This document shows, piece after piece, positions 18,309-28,546 of a DNA stretch of 64,000 nt. Below the pieces are notes generated by a model, which saw only the letters and a list, made by a program, of their open reading frames with translations, was not told where the DNA came from and did not search any database. Each line of letters begins with the position of its first letter. Within the stretch, counting starts at the first letter, position 1. The stretch lies in contig JAMOMB010000189.1 of assembly GCA_027068795.1 (NCBI GenBank), forward strand, positions 4,712 to 68,711, read 5' to 3'. Source of the DNA: Sedimenticola sp. Lineage in GTDB: Bacteria; Pseudomonadota; Gammaproteobacteria; Chromatiales; Chromatiaceae. A program made the position numbers and the translations under genes.

Positions 18309-18337
18309 TGAAGGGATGGCATGATGCCACCCCTTCA
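18309..18337 (-). terminator. Hairpin downstream of prk, probable terminator
   Basis: TGAAGGG-A-TGGCA-TGA-TGCCA-C-CCCTTCA; the mismatch becomes G-U on the minus strand; U-tract is weak. Confidence 0.5.
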
Positions 18338-18359
18338 GAATCCGCCAGAAATGAGAAAA

Positions 18360-19235
18360 TCAGCCGTCCTTGCGGGCGTCCATCATCTTGTCGATGATGG
18401 GGCCGAGGATGATTTCCATGGCGAAACCCATTTTTCCGCCAGGCACCACCATGGTGTTGCGGCGGGACATGAAAGAGTCCGGGATCATGTTCAGCAGGTC
18501 CGGGAATTTTACGTCGCATTTTTCCGGATTGGCGAAGCGGATGACCACAAAGCTTTCGTCCGGCGTGGGAATGTCCCGGGCGATGAAAGGGTTGGAGGTG
18601 TCCACTGTTGCAACGCGCTGGAAGTTGATGTCCGTGCGGGAGAACTGCGGGGTGATGTGATTGATGTAGTCCGGCATGCGGCGCATGATGGTCTCGACGG
18701 TTGCTTCCGCCGAATAGCCGCGTTCTTTCGCGTCGCGGTGGATTTTCTGGATCCACTCCAGGTTGACCACTGGCACCACGCCAATGCCCAGATCCACCCG
18801 GCTGGCGACATCGACTTCATCGGTAACCACCATGCCGTGCAGGCCCTCGTAGAACAGCAGATCGGTGCCACTGGGGATGTCTTCCCAGGGAGTGAATTCC
18901 CCCGGTTTCTTGTCGCAGCCCAGGCGCGCATTGTGCTCTTCGGCTTCCTCGGCGCTGTGCAGGTAGTAGCGCTTTTTGCCGCCACCGGTCTCGCCATAGA
19001 CACGAAACAACTCTTCAATCTTGTCGAAGAGGTTGGCCTCCGGGCCGAAATGGCTCATGCCTTCCGCGATTTTGTCCCGCATGGCAGCACGGTCGTAACG
19101 GTGAAAGCTGTCGCCTTCGACGATGGCGGCATTGATGCCTTCGCGGGTGAAGATGTGCTCGAATGCGCGTTTTACGGTAGTGGTCCCGGCACCGGATGAA
19201 CCGGTAACAACGACTACGGGGTGTTTCTTGGACAT
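18360..19235 (-). CDS. prk: Phosphoribulokinase, proteobacterial class
   Basis: MSKKHPVVVVTGSSGAGTTT, EGDSFHRYDR, LLFYEGLHG, INFQRVATVDTSNPF. Confidence 0.96.
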   Translation of the reverse strand: MSKKHPVVVVTGSSGAGTTTVKRAFEHIFTREGINAAIVEGDSFHRYDRAAMRDKIAEGMSHFGPEANLFDKIEELFRVYGETGGGKKRYYLHSAEEAEEHNARLGCDKKPGEFTPWEDIPSGTDLLFYEGLHGMVVTDEVDVASRVDLGIGVVPVVNLEWIQKIHRDAKERGYSAEATVETIMRRMPDYINHITPQFSRTDINFQRVATVDTSNPFIARDIPTPDESFVVIRFANPEKCDVKFPDLLNMIPDSFMSRRNTMVVPGGKMGFAMEIILGPIIDKMMDARKDG

Positions 19236-19403
19236 GTCAGCCTCCGGAAAAGATAGTCAAATGGGATAGTTCAAGAGTAAAACCACCTGCCGGAATCTAT
19301 GCTGGTGGCTTGACTCTAAAGCCATGCGAGGCATGAACTATATCATATTGACCCGAATTGCGGCGGCGCAAGGAGGGTGCCTGCCGGGGGTTGGCTTATT
19401 GTT

Positions 19404-20828
19404 TCACGGAGCGAACAGGTGCTGGTTCAGCCACATATGCACAAAAATGCTGGCTGCGTAGCCCAGGGCGATGACCGGCGTCCATTTCAGGTGGCCGAAA
19501 AAGGTGTATTTCCCCCTTGCCTGTCCCATGAGGGCAACGCCGGCGGCGGATCCGATGGACAACAGGGAGCCGCCTACCCCGGCAGTGAGGGTGACCAGCA
19601 GCCATTGTCCTGAGGACATGTCCGGCATCATGGTGAGAACGGCGAACATTACGGGAATATTGTCCACGATGGCGGACATTACCCCGACGGCGATGTTGGC
19701 ATAGGTGGCGCCCCATTGGCTGTACATGACCTCGGATGCCATGGAAAGGTAGCCAATGAAGCCCAGCCCCCCCACGCACAACACCACGCCGTAGAAGAAA
19801 AACAGGGTGTCCCACTCCGCCCGGGCCACGCTGCTGAAAATATCGAATGCCACGGGATCGCCGATTTGTCCGGCTTCCTCGGCGGACTGGCGGCTTTCGT
19901 CGCGGGTGCGGGATTTCTTCAGGTAGTAGCCGAAAAACTGCAAATAGGCCAGTCCTGTGAGCATGCCGATGACCGGCGGCAGTTGCAGGTAGTTGTGGAA
20001 CAGTACGGCGGTGGCAATGGTCAGCAGGAACAGAAATACGATGCGTTTGGCGCCGCGTTTGGCGGTGGTGGATTCTTCTACGGGATCCGGGTGGGCGTTG
20101 GGTACGGACAGGCTCATGATCGCCGCCGGTATCAGCCAGTTCACCAGGGAGGGAACAAACAATGCAAAGAAAGACCAGAAATCGACCCCGCCCTGGGCGG
20201 TCTGTATGCCTTTTTGCCAGACCATCAGGGTGGTGATGTCGCCGAAGGGGCTGAAAGCGCCGCCCGCATTTGCCGCGATTACGATATTGATGCAGGCGAG
20301 GAGAATGAATTTCGTGTTGCTGCCCCCCACGGCCATGACCACGGCGCACATCAGCAGTGCGGTGGTGAGGTTGTCTGCGATGGGGGAGATGAAGAACGCC
20401 AGCAGGCCCGTGGCCCAGAACAGGGAGCGGAAACTCAGTCCCTTGCGCACCAGCCACACCCGCAGGCTCTCGAACACCAGGCGTTCGTCCATGGCGTTTA
20501 TGTAGGTCATGGCCACCAGCAGAAACAGCATCAGCTCCGCATATTCTTCCAGATTGTGGCGGACAGCGTTTTCGACTTCATGGTCCAGACCCTGGAACTG
20601 GTACACCAGGGCGATCATCGCCCAGATGATTCCCGCCGCCAGCATCACCGGCTTGGATTTGCGCAAATGGGTGAATTCTTCCGCCATTACCAGCAGATAG
20701 GCAATGAAGAAAACTCCCAGGGAAGCGAATCCCACCCAGTGGGTGGTGAGGTTGACGAGAATCTCTTCCGCCGCCAGCACCTGTCCCGGTGCAAACAGCA
20801 GCAAACTGGCGGCAAGTATTTTCAGCAT
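19404..20828 (-). CDS. nhaD: Na+/H+ antiporter NhaD
   Basis: HLRKSKP, ISPIADNLTT, ANAGGAFSPFGDITT, SAIVDNIP, GGSLLSIGSAAG. Confidence 0.92.
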   Translation of the reverse strand: MLKILAASLLLFAPGQVLAAEEILVNLTTHWVGFASLGVFFIAYLLVMAEEFTHLRKSKPVMLAAGIIWAMIALVYQFQGLDHEVENAVRHNLEEYAELMLFLLVAMTYINAMDERLVFESLRVWLVRKGLSFRSLFWATGLLAFFISPIADNLTTALLMCAVVMAVGGSNTKFILLACINIVIAANAGGAFSPFGDITTLMVWQKGIQTAQGGVDFWSFFALFVPSLVNWLIPAAIMSLSVPNAHPDPVEESTTAKRGAKRIVFLFLLTIATAVLFHNYLQLPPVIGMLTGLAYLQFFGYYLKKSRTRDESRQSAEEAGQIGDPVAFDIFSSVARAEWDTLFFFYGVVLCVGGLGFIGYLSMASEVMYSQWGATYANIAVGVMSAIVDNIPVMFAVLTMMPDMSSGQWLLVTLTAGVGGSLLSIGSAAGVALMGQARGKYTFFGHLKWTPVIALGYAASIFVHMWLNQHLFAP

Positions 20829-20940
20829 CTAATGTAACCTTTTGAATTTGTTGTTGAGTCCATTTTTCGGGGCGCTCCATTGAGGAATTTCCGCTCCAGC
20901 CGGGGTCAAGATACAAGCCCATGGCCTTGTCAGGGGAGCT

Positions 20941-22377
20941 TCAATAGCGCACCAGCACTTTATACTCCAGAACCGTGGTGCTTTCCGCCGGTATCTCGAT
21001 CCGCCATTCGGCCAATCCGGCCGCAACCTTGTTGTGCTGTGCGGATTCGCGGATCATCTTCCAGTCTCCCGGGATGGGCTCCTCTACCTTGACCTCTATC
21101 GGCACAGCCTTGGCATTCTTTAATTCGATGCGGTACGTGCTTTCCGCGGCATAGCGGTAGGGATGGCCAAAATTCACCTTTACATAATCGAGTTGGGTTT
21201 TTCGGGCGGTGACGTCGAAGGCTTCTCCCAGTTTCAGGCGGATGGTTGCATTTTTCGGGGTATGGTCGATGCGGTCTTCGCCGACGAACTGGGTGTTGCC
21301 GCTGCTGTCGCGCTTATACACCCGCACGATGCCCTTGGGCAAGGGCATTCCCATGCCGTGGCTGGCCTGGTTCTCAAACCGGATATAGACGGCGGCTTTG
21401 AGGGGGCGGCCAAGAGATTGGTAGGCGCCATGGTAATAGTAGTCCTGCCCCTTGAAAACCAGTTCCTTGGCCACGGGCACCTTGCCGACGTTGAACAAGG
21501 AAACCTGCTTGGTTTGTTTGTCGGCAATGGTGGTGGGATGCTCCAGGGTATACAAATGGTATTCAAACAGCGCTTCTTCCCGCATGGGGGCGGGGGCTTC
21601 TGCGATAGCCATTTCCAGCGCCTTGGCCCTTCTGGGGCGCTTTTGCTCTTCTACCTGATTGACGTCCCCGGCGACCAGTTGCAGCCTGGTTCTCGGATAG
21701 GTGGTGCCGCTGTGGTTGGTGAGAGTGACCCAGCCGGCCAGATCCAGGGCGTCATCTGCGCTGTTCAGTTCCGCTACATAATCCGCTTTCCAGCTCAACC
21801 CCCGGGACAGATAGGACAGCTCCAGTTCCTGTACGCCTGCTGCGGTGTTGCTGATTCTTGTCACCAGGGTGGGCTTGTCCCGCAGGTTTTCCGGGATGTT
21901 GGGAAAGATGTAATGGCCTTCGGGGTTGGTTTCAATGCGTCCGGCGATTTTCGCCACCACGCCATGGTTGGTGCTGAGAATGGTGGCAGGCTGCTCGGTT
22001 TCCTTGCCGGTGGCGGGGTTCATGCGCACGATTTCCACGGTCTGGCCGACATATTTTTCCAGCATCTTTGCCGGGGTCAGCAAATCGAAGTTGAAATTCT
22101 GTTCCAGCACCAGCAGCGTATCGGGGTGGTTGATGTTGCGCAGCAGGGCGGTTTCCGGGTGCATTTGGGCGCTGACGCCGCGAATCGCCAGATCGATGCT
22201 GCCGGCGGGCAGCTTGGTCTTGCGCCTGTCCTTGATCAACGCCAGATCATTGTTGTAGATGGTGATAAAGAGTCCGGTCTGGTCTTCGATCCCGGATACC
22301 AGTTCTGCTGCGTCAAGCGATGCCGGGAGGATTGAGCAGGCCAGAAGAAAAGAGGTGAACGCGCGCAATGAAACCAT
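20941..22377 (-). CDS. Exported DUF4139-family protein
   Basis: Signal peptide; ITIYNNDLALIKDRR, SYLSRGLSWKADY, IDHTPKN...LGEAFDV. Confidence 0.8.
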   Translation of the reverse strand: MVSLRAFTSFLLACSILPASLDAAELVSGIEDQTGLFITIYNNDLALIKDRRKTKLPAGSIDLAIRGVSAQMHPETALLRNINHPDTLLVLEQNFNFDLLTPAKMLEKYVGQTVEIVRMNPATGKETEQPATILSTNHGVVAKIAGRIETNPEGHYIFPNIPENLRDKPTLVTRISNTAAGVQELELSYLSRGLSWKADYVAELNSADDALDLAGWVTLTNHSGTTYPRTRLQLVAGDVNQVEEQKRPRRAKALEMAIAEAPAPMREEALFEYHLYTLEHPTTIADKQTKQVSLFNVGKVPVAKELVFKGQDYYYHGAYQSLGRPLKAAVYIRFENQASHGMGMPLPKGIVRVYKRDSSGNTQFVGEDRIDHTPKNATIRLKLGEAFDVTARKTQLDYVKVNFGHPYRYAAESTYRIELKNAKAVPIEVKVEEPIPGDWKMIRESAQHNKVAAGLAEWRIEIPAESTTVLEYKVLVRY

Positions 22378-22435
22378 GAGCTTTCCTGCTATTGTCGGCC
22401 AAAGGTTTCTTAATATTAACCGAAATAAGGCCGGT

Positions 22436-23809
22436 TCAGGGCAGGGTTTTTCCCGGATTCAGGATGCCATTGGGGTCAAACAGGTTTTTCAGCTGGTGCA
22501 TGAGCGCCAAGCTGGGATCGTCGATCTCCCGGCGCACAAACTCGCGCTTGACCAGGCCGACGCCATGCTCGCCGGAAAGAGTTCCGCCCAGCCCGAGAAC
22601 CAGGCGGAACACCTCATCCAGACAAATCCCGGCCTGCGCGAGCTGCTGGGGGTCGTCAGGGTCGATCAACAGATTGACGTGGATGTTGCCGTTGCCTGCG
22701 TGGCCGAAGTTGACGATGGTGATGGCGTGTTTTTTCGCCAGTTCGGTCAATCCGTGAATGAGGTCGGGAATCCGGGAGACCGGCACCACCACGTCTTCAT
22801 TGATTTTTTTTGGCGCGATATTGCGCAGGGCCGGCGACAGGGCCTTGCGGGTGCGCCAGAGTTTTTGCACCTGTTCCCGGCTGCTGGCGATTTCCACCGA
22901 TAGGCAGCCCGGGATCTTGGCTGTTGCTGCGATTCGCTCGCTGGCGGCGTCGATGGCGGCGGCGCTTTCCTCGAGTTCAATCATCAGCAGGGCGCCTGCG
23001 CCATCTGCAAGTCCGGGGTCGGAATAATTTCTCACCATGTGCAGCGCCTGGCCATCCATGAACTCCAGTGCTGAAGGGATGACGGGCTGGGCCATGATGG
23101 CGGATACGGCGGTTGCGGCGGTCGCCACGTCCGGGTAGACGGCCTGCAGGGTGCGCCGGGCTTCGGGCAGGGGGGTGAGCTTGAGCGTAGCCTCGGTGAT
23201 GACCGCCAGGGTGCCTTCCGAGCCGATGAGCAGGCGGGTCAAGTCATAGCCCACCACGCCCTTGGTGGTGCGTACGCCGGTGTGAACAAGGCTGCCGCTA
23301 GCGGTGACGGCGCTCAATCCCAGGGTGTTTTCCCGGCAGGTTCCGTATTTTACCGCCCTGGGGCCGGCCGCGTTGCAGGCCAGATTGCCGCCAATGGTGC
23401 ATACGGCGGCGCTGGTGGGGTCGGGGGGCCAGAAAAAGCCGTGTTCGGCGGCGGCCTGCTGCAACTGTTGGTTGGTTACGCCAGGCTGCACCCTGGCCAG
23501 GCGGTTGTCCGGGTCGATGTCCAGAATGCGGTTCATGCGTTCCAGGGACAGGGCGATGCCCCCGGCCGGAGGGATGGAGGCGCCGGTGGTGCCCGTGCCC
23601 TTGCCGCGGCAGGCGAGAGGCAGTCGCCACTGGTTGCAATGGCGCAGCAGCGCCATGATTTGTTCTTCGTTGCGGGGAAAGACCACGGCGGCGGGAATGG
23701 ATTGCTGTTGGCTGTTGTCGTAGCTGTAGGCAAGGGTGTCTGCCGGGCGGATCAGCAGATCCGGTTGCGGAAAGAGTGCCTCGAGAATTTCCAGTTGCTG
23801 CCTTTTCAA
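22436..23809 (-). CDS. FAD-linked oxidase, GlcD/D-2-hydroxyacid dehydrogenase family
   Basis: PPDPTS...TIGGN, GYDLTRLLIGSEGTL, GHAGNGNIH, SGEHGVG, DPNGILNPGK. Confidence 0.9.
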   Translation of the reverse strand: MKRQQLEILEALFPQPDLLIRPADTLAYSYDNSQQQSIPAAVVFPRNEEQIMALLRHCNQWRLPLACRGKGTGTTGASIPPAGGIALSLERMNRILDIDPDNRLARVQPGVTNQQLQQAAAEHGFFWPPDPTSAAVCTIGGNLACNAAGPRAVKYGTCRENTLGLSAVTASGSLVHTGVRTTKGVVGYDLTRLLIGSEGTLAVITEATLKLTPLPEARRTLQAVYPDVATAATAVSAIMAQPVIPSALEFMDGQALHMVRNYSDPGLADGAGALLMIELEESAAAIDAASERIAATAKIPGCLSVEIASSREQVQKLWRTRKALSPALRNIAPKKINEDVVVPVSRIPDLIHGLTELAKKHAITIVNFGHAGNGNIHVNLLIDPDDPQQLAQAGICLDEVFRLVLGLGGTLSGEHGVGLVKREFVRREIDDPSLALMHQLKNLFDPNGILNPGKTLP

Positions 23810-23851
23810 TGGTGAAAAACTGTGTTTTTTGCGCTGCGCAACAGCAGCAAT

Positions 23852-24466
<615 letters not shown>

Positions 24467-24484
24467 TCAATGTCCGGGTTCCGG

Positions 24485-24835
24485 CTACTGAATGGCGTTC
24501 CTGATCCATTGAACCCGGTGTTCCCGGTCAATGCCGATTATATCGAATCTGCAGGCCGGCGTATGCCGGAAACGTTGCAGATAATGCTGTGCCGCATGTA
24601 ACAGCTTTTGTTGCTTGGCGGGAGTGATGGAGTCGATTGCAGAGCCGAATTCCCGGCGGCTGCGGTAACGAACCTCGACGAATACCAGGGTTTCCCCGTC
24701 CTGCATCACGAGGTCGATCTCTCCGGATTTGCAGCGGTAGTTCTGCTCGTTGAAGGTGAGCCCCTGCGCCTGCAGCCAGCGGCGGGCAAGGGCCTCGGCG
24801 GCCTCACCTTTGCGCAGGTGTGGCGCTTTCATCAA
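24485..24835 (-). CDS. yraN: YraN family putative endonuclease
   Basis: GEIDLVM...LVFVEVRYR...CRFDII. Confidence 0.93.
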   Translation of the reverse strand: MMKAPHLRKGEAAEALARRWLQAQGLTFNEQNYRCKSGEIDLVMQDGETLVFVEVRYRSRREFGSAIDSITPAKQQKLLHAAQHYLQRFRHTPACRFDIIGIDREHRVQWIRNAIQ

Positions 24836-26732
24836 TGTTCAGGGGTGCCGCGGGAAGTACGCTTACGGCGCTGGCGGGCGGCGTGATCCCCAGTATCCGG
24901 GGTTGCGCCTGCAGGGAGATCCAGGTCATGCGGCGCAGCAGTTGGCGTTTGTCATCCAGGTACAGCAGGCCGGTATTGCCCTTGAAGGGAGGCAGGCCGG
25001 CGGTTTCCAGTTTGCCAAGGTGAGGCAATACCTGGTAGGCGTCGATTCCCATGGGCAGCAGGCGCAGATATTTTCTTTCGCCTCGGGCCAGATATTCTTC
25101 CAGGTTTTTCCGGGAAAGAGGGTTGTCGGCATTGGTATCCAGCATCCAGGGCATTTCGGGCAGGATGATGCCGGTCAGATCGAAGCTTTCGTCATTTCTC
25201 AGCCGGCCGTCCCAGGCCCTGGAGGTGCTCAGCACCGGCAGGTCTTCCGCAAAATGGAATTGCAGCATGGGCCGTATCTGACGCATTTGCTGTTTGTTGC
25301 CAATGGCGAAGATGAAATCCATGCCCCTGGGGGGCAGGGTATATTCCATGTTTTCTTCCCTGGCTTTCTTCTGTTCTTCCAGCTGCGCCTTGCGTTGGGC
25401 GGACATCACCAGTCGGGCGACGGGGGTGGAGAAGTCCTTGCTGGCCGGGTCATAGGCCTGGGAGCGCATGCTGCCGCCGCCCAGTTCCCGCCAGGTTTCC
25501 ATGAAAGCCGTTGCCATGCGCTGGCCCAGGGAGGAAGAGGGGTAGAGCAGGGCGGGTTCGCGGTATCCCTGGTATGCGGCCCAGACCGCCACCTGGCGTG
25601 CTTCGTCCTCGGGGGAAAGGGAATACTGGTACAGATTCTGTGGCGGGACGCTGTCCGTACTGACCTGGTTCAGCGCCAGCACCGGCAGCGGCAGGCCCCC
25701 GGCCCGGGCAAGCTGCACCACGGCTTGCTTGGAAAGAGGGCCGATCACAATGTCCGCGCCCTCGTCTGCGACCTGGTTCAGCAGCGGCCAGATCTGTTCG
25801 CTGTTGCTGGAGTCATAGAATTTTATCCGGGGCCGGTGTTCATCGGGATCGTTGTACCAGGCGCTCATCAGGCCGTCGCGGATGGCGCGGGCAGGGGCGG
25901 CGTACCGCCCCTCCAGGGGCAGGAGCACGGCGATCTGGTTCACTTCCACCGGGGCTTGCTGCTGCTGGCGGCTGTAGTAGCTGGTGAGCAAATCAGGTAC
26001 GGCGGGGTGGTCGGGATACAGATCCCGCCATTCCCGGTACGGCGCGATGATTTCCCCCGGCGCATTGGGAAAATCCCGCAACAATCCAGCCAGTTCCAGC
26101 CAGCCCCGGGTGGTGGCATCCGGAGAGGGGAATAGCGTCTTCAGCGCCTGGGGGCTGTGGCGGGTCAGCACCGAGAGGATTTCCGTTTGCACCTGCAGCC
26201 GCTCTTCATCGGTGGGAAGCAGTTGATCCAGGGTGATGAGTTCGGTGATGTACCGGGTTGCGTCCTGGCGCTCCCGGAATGCGGCGGCGCGGGTGGTGTG
26301 GAAGCGGATGATTTCATCATTGCTTGCGGAAGGGGGAATGGCCGCCAGCAGATCGAGCGCCTCTTCCGGCTGGCGGCGTCCAAGGGCGAGGTCGGCCCGG
26401 ATCAAGCGGTACCGAAACTGTTGATCCCGGGGCAGGGTTGTGGCATCCAGCTGCTGGAGAATGCTCCCGGCCTTGTCAAGCTGCCCGTCATGGATCAGAC
26501 TGTCGGCTGCAAACAGCAGATACAGGTTGCGGGCGTTGTTCGCGGCGCGCTGCGCCAGATCCAGATAGAGATCAGCGGCCGCTTCGTAGCGCTGTTGCTC
26601 GAACATGCGCGCCGCATGAACCGCCTGGGGATCAACGGGGGCTGCCGGCCTGACCGGGATGGCGTTGCAGCCAGCCAGCAGGAACAGAAACATGACCGGA
26701 AACAGGAGCTGTGAGATAGTTCTGTTGCGCAT
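24804..26732 (-). CDS. lpoA: Penicillin-binding protein activator lipoprotein LpoA
   Basis: Lipobox LAGC; TPR-like N-half; IAVLLPLEG, IVIGPLSK, LSPEDEA; divergent from rsmI. Confidence 0.9.
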   Translation of the reverse strand: MRNRTISQLLFPVMFLFLLAGCNAIPVRPAAPVDPQAVHAARMFEQQRYEAAADLYLDLAQRAANNARNLYLLFAADSLIHDGQLDKAGSILQQLDATTLPRDQQFRYRLIRADLALGRRQPEEALDLLAAIPPSASNDEIIRFHTTRAAAFRERQDATRYITELITLDQLLPTDEERLQVQTEILSVLTRHSPQALKTLFPSPDATTRGWLELAGLLRDFPNAPGEIIAPYREWRDLYPDHPAVPDLLTSYYSRQQQQAPVEVNQIAVLLPLEGRYAAPARAIRDGLMSAWYNDPDEHRPRIKFYDSSNSEQIWPLLNQVADEGADIVIGPLSKQAVVQLARAGGLPLPVLALNQVSTDSVPPQNLYQYSLSPEDEARQVAVWAAYQGYREPALLYPSSSLGQRMATAFMETWRELGGGSMRSQAYDPASKDFSTPVARLVMSAQRKAQLEEQKKAREENMEYTLPPRGMDFIFAIGNKQQMRQIRPMLQFHFAEDLPVLSTSRAWDGRLRNDESFDLTGIILPEMPWMLDTNADNPLSRKNLEEYLARGERKYLRLLPMGIDAYQVLPHLGKLETAGLPPFKGNTGLLYLDDKRQLLRRMTWISLQAQPRILGITPPASAVSVLPAAPLNIDESATPAQR

Positions 26733-26771
26733 CGTCCATTTGCCCAAATTAAGGAAGCAGCAGAGTATCAT

Positions 26772-27644
26772 ATGAGCAAGGCTGAAGTGTCAAATCCCGG
26801 TGCTGTTTTGTATGTGGTGGCCACCCCCATCGGGAATCTCGATGATATCAGCCTGCGGGCCATTGAGGTATTGCGGCGGGTGGAGCGCATTGCCGCCGAA
26901 GACACCCGCCACAGCCGCCGCTTGCTGCGGCATCATGGCATAGACACCCCCATGCTGGCCCTCCATGAGCACAATGAACGGCAGGTGATGGGGGGGATCC
27001 TGGAGATGCTCAGGGAAGGGAAGTCCCTGGCGCTGATTTCCGATGCCGGCACGCCCTTGATCAGCGATCCCGGCTTTCCCCTGATTCGGGCTTGCCGCGA
27101 ACAGGGCATTCCGGTTTCTCCGCTGCCAGGCCCCAGCGCCTTGATTGCCGCATTGAGTATATCCGGCCTGCCGGTGGACGCCTTCTGCTTTCATGGCTTT
27201 TTGCCCCGCACATCCGCGGCGCGCAAGGCGAAGCTTGCGGAATTGCAGGCGGCGGCAAGTACGCTGGTGTTTTATGAATCCTCCCACCGGATATTGTATG
27301 CGCTGCAGGATATGCTCGAAGTGCTGGGCGGTGAAAGGGAAGTCTGTGTCGCCAGGGAGCTGACCAAGCAGTATGAAGACGTAATGCAGGGAAAGCTGGA
27401 GGAGGTTGTCGCCAGCGTGGCTGCCGACCCCATGCGCCAGCGCGGGGAGTTTGTGATCGTCGTGGCTGCCAGGGATGCGCTGCCTGAAGAGGACTTGCCA
27501 ATGGAGTCCCGGCGGATACTGGAGTTGCTTCTGGAGGAACTGCCAGTCAAGCAGGCGGCGGCTTTGACGGCAAAGATTACCGGGGAGAAGAAAAACCGGC
27601 TTTACCGGCTTGCTCTTGGCAAGGCCAACTCGCCGAAAGCCTGA
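26772..27644 (+). CDS. rsmI: 16S rRNA C1402 2'-O-methyltransferase
   Basis: LYVVATPIGNL, AAEDTR, SDAGTPLISDPG, ARELTK. Confidence 0.96.
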   Translation: MSKAEVSNPGAVLYVVATPIGNLDDISLRAIEVLRRVERIAAEDTRHSRRLLRHHGIDTPMLALHEHNERQVMGGILEMLREGKSLALISDAGTPLISDPGFPLIRACREQGIPVSPLPGPSALIAALSISGLPVDAFCFHGFLPRTSAARKAKLAELQAAASTLVFYESSHRILYALQDMLEVLGGEREVCVARELTKQYEDVMQGKLEEVVASVAADPMRQRGEFVIVVAARDALPEEDLPMESRRILELLLEELPVKQAAALTAKITGEKKNRLYRLALGKANSPKA

Positions 27645-27683
27645 GGCTTCTTGGCGCTGATTGAGGTTCGGCTTGTACCAGAC

Positions 27684-28325
27684 TTATGGGTTGCCGGATA
27701 TCTGGCCGGTCTTGGCAATGAAGACATGCTGGTTTGCAACGCTGAACGGAGGAAGTATCCGGATCGTCCCCTGGGTTCTAAATTCCACTTCAACCGGGTT
27801 GGGGCCGGACACTGCCACATTGCCTGCCGTAATCGAAGCGGGCAGCGTTTCGTCACAAACATTGTTGCTGTCATAGGATGGGATGTTCAATACAAAGGCA
27901 TCGTTGTTTTCGTCGATAAAACAGTTGTAATCGATGTCCGCCACATTGTAGACGCCTTCCGTAGAAATGCACTGCCCTTCTGTCTTGATGAGAAGCTGGC
28001 CATCGCTGGTCAGTTCTGTTTTGCTAAATGTGCATCCGGCTTGAAGCGTACCATTATAACCATTGGAAACAAACTTCAACGAATCGGCCAAGGTGCCTTC
28101 ATTGAGGTAATTTGCGCAATTCGCACTGGGATCCAACACGAGTTGAACCGTTCCGTCGTCACCTTGGATCAATTCAGAAATATTGCAGGTGATGTAATTG
28201 CCGTCATCCTTGATGACCGCATTGAACCCGGCAACAGCGCCAGTAACGCCAAAGATTGCGGCTCCCGCTACCAATGCAGGAGCGATGTGCTTGCAACGCT
28301 GGTTTTTCTGGTCATTTTGCTTCAT
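27684..28325 (-). CDS. Hypothetical exported Cys-containing beta-rich protein
   Basis: Signal peptide-like N-terminus (…ALVAGAAIFGVTGAVAG); Asn/Asp/Thr-rich; lower GC than neighbours. Confidence 0.65.
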   Translation of the reverse strand: MKQNDQKNQRCKHIAPALVAGAAIFGVTGAVAGFNAVIKDDGNYITCNISELIQGDDGTVQLVLDPSANCANYLNEGTLADSLKFVSNGYNGTLQAGCTFSKTELTSDGQLLIKTEGQCISTEGVYNVADIDYNCFIDENNDAFVLNIPSYDSNNVCDETLPASITAGNVAVSGPNPVEVEFRTQGTIRILPPFSVANQHVFIAKTGQISGNP

Positions 28326-28510
28326 GGTAAATCGTCGCCTCATGCTGGGATATGTTGTTTCGGTCTCCTGGAACAGAGACAAACTTCCTTTGGTTCAGAA
28401 CCTCATCATAACGTGTTTGGGGAAGTGAAGGAATAGTGGCGGCAATTCACGCCCGGGGTTCCTGTGATCAATATCACAAATATTTGGTATGGAATATTAT
28501 TCTGTAGCGC

Positions 28511-28539
28511 TTGCAATTTTCCCGTCTCGTCATTATGTT
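28511..28539 (+). promoter_or_regulatory. Sigma70 promoter of rnpB
   Basis: TTGCAA, 17 nt, TATGTT, ending 7 nt before the RNA 5' end. Confidence 0.7.
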
Positions 28540-28546
28540 GGTCACA

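Noticed and set aside
20829-20940. Na+/Li+ riboswitch upstream of nhaD
   Set aside because: Only a weak hairpin; no motif I can match without an Rfam scan
27651-28436. Plus-strand 261-aa ORF after rsmI
   Set aside because: The minus-strand ORF has a signal peptide and more protein-like composition; this is probably its shadow
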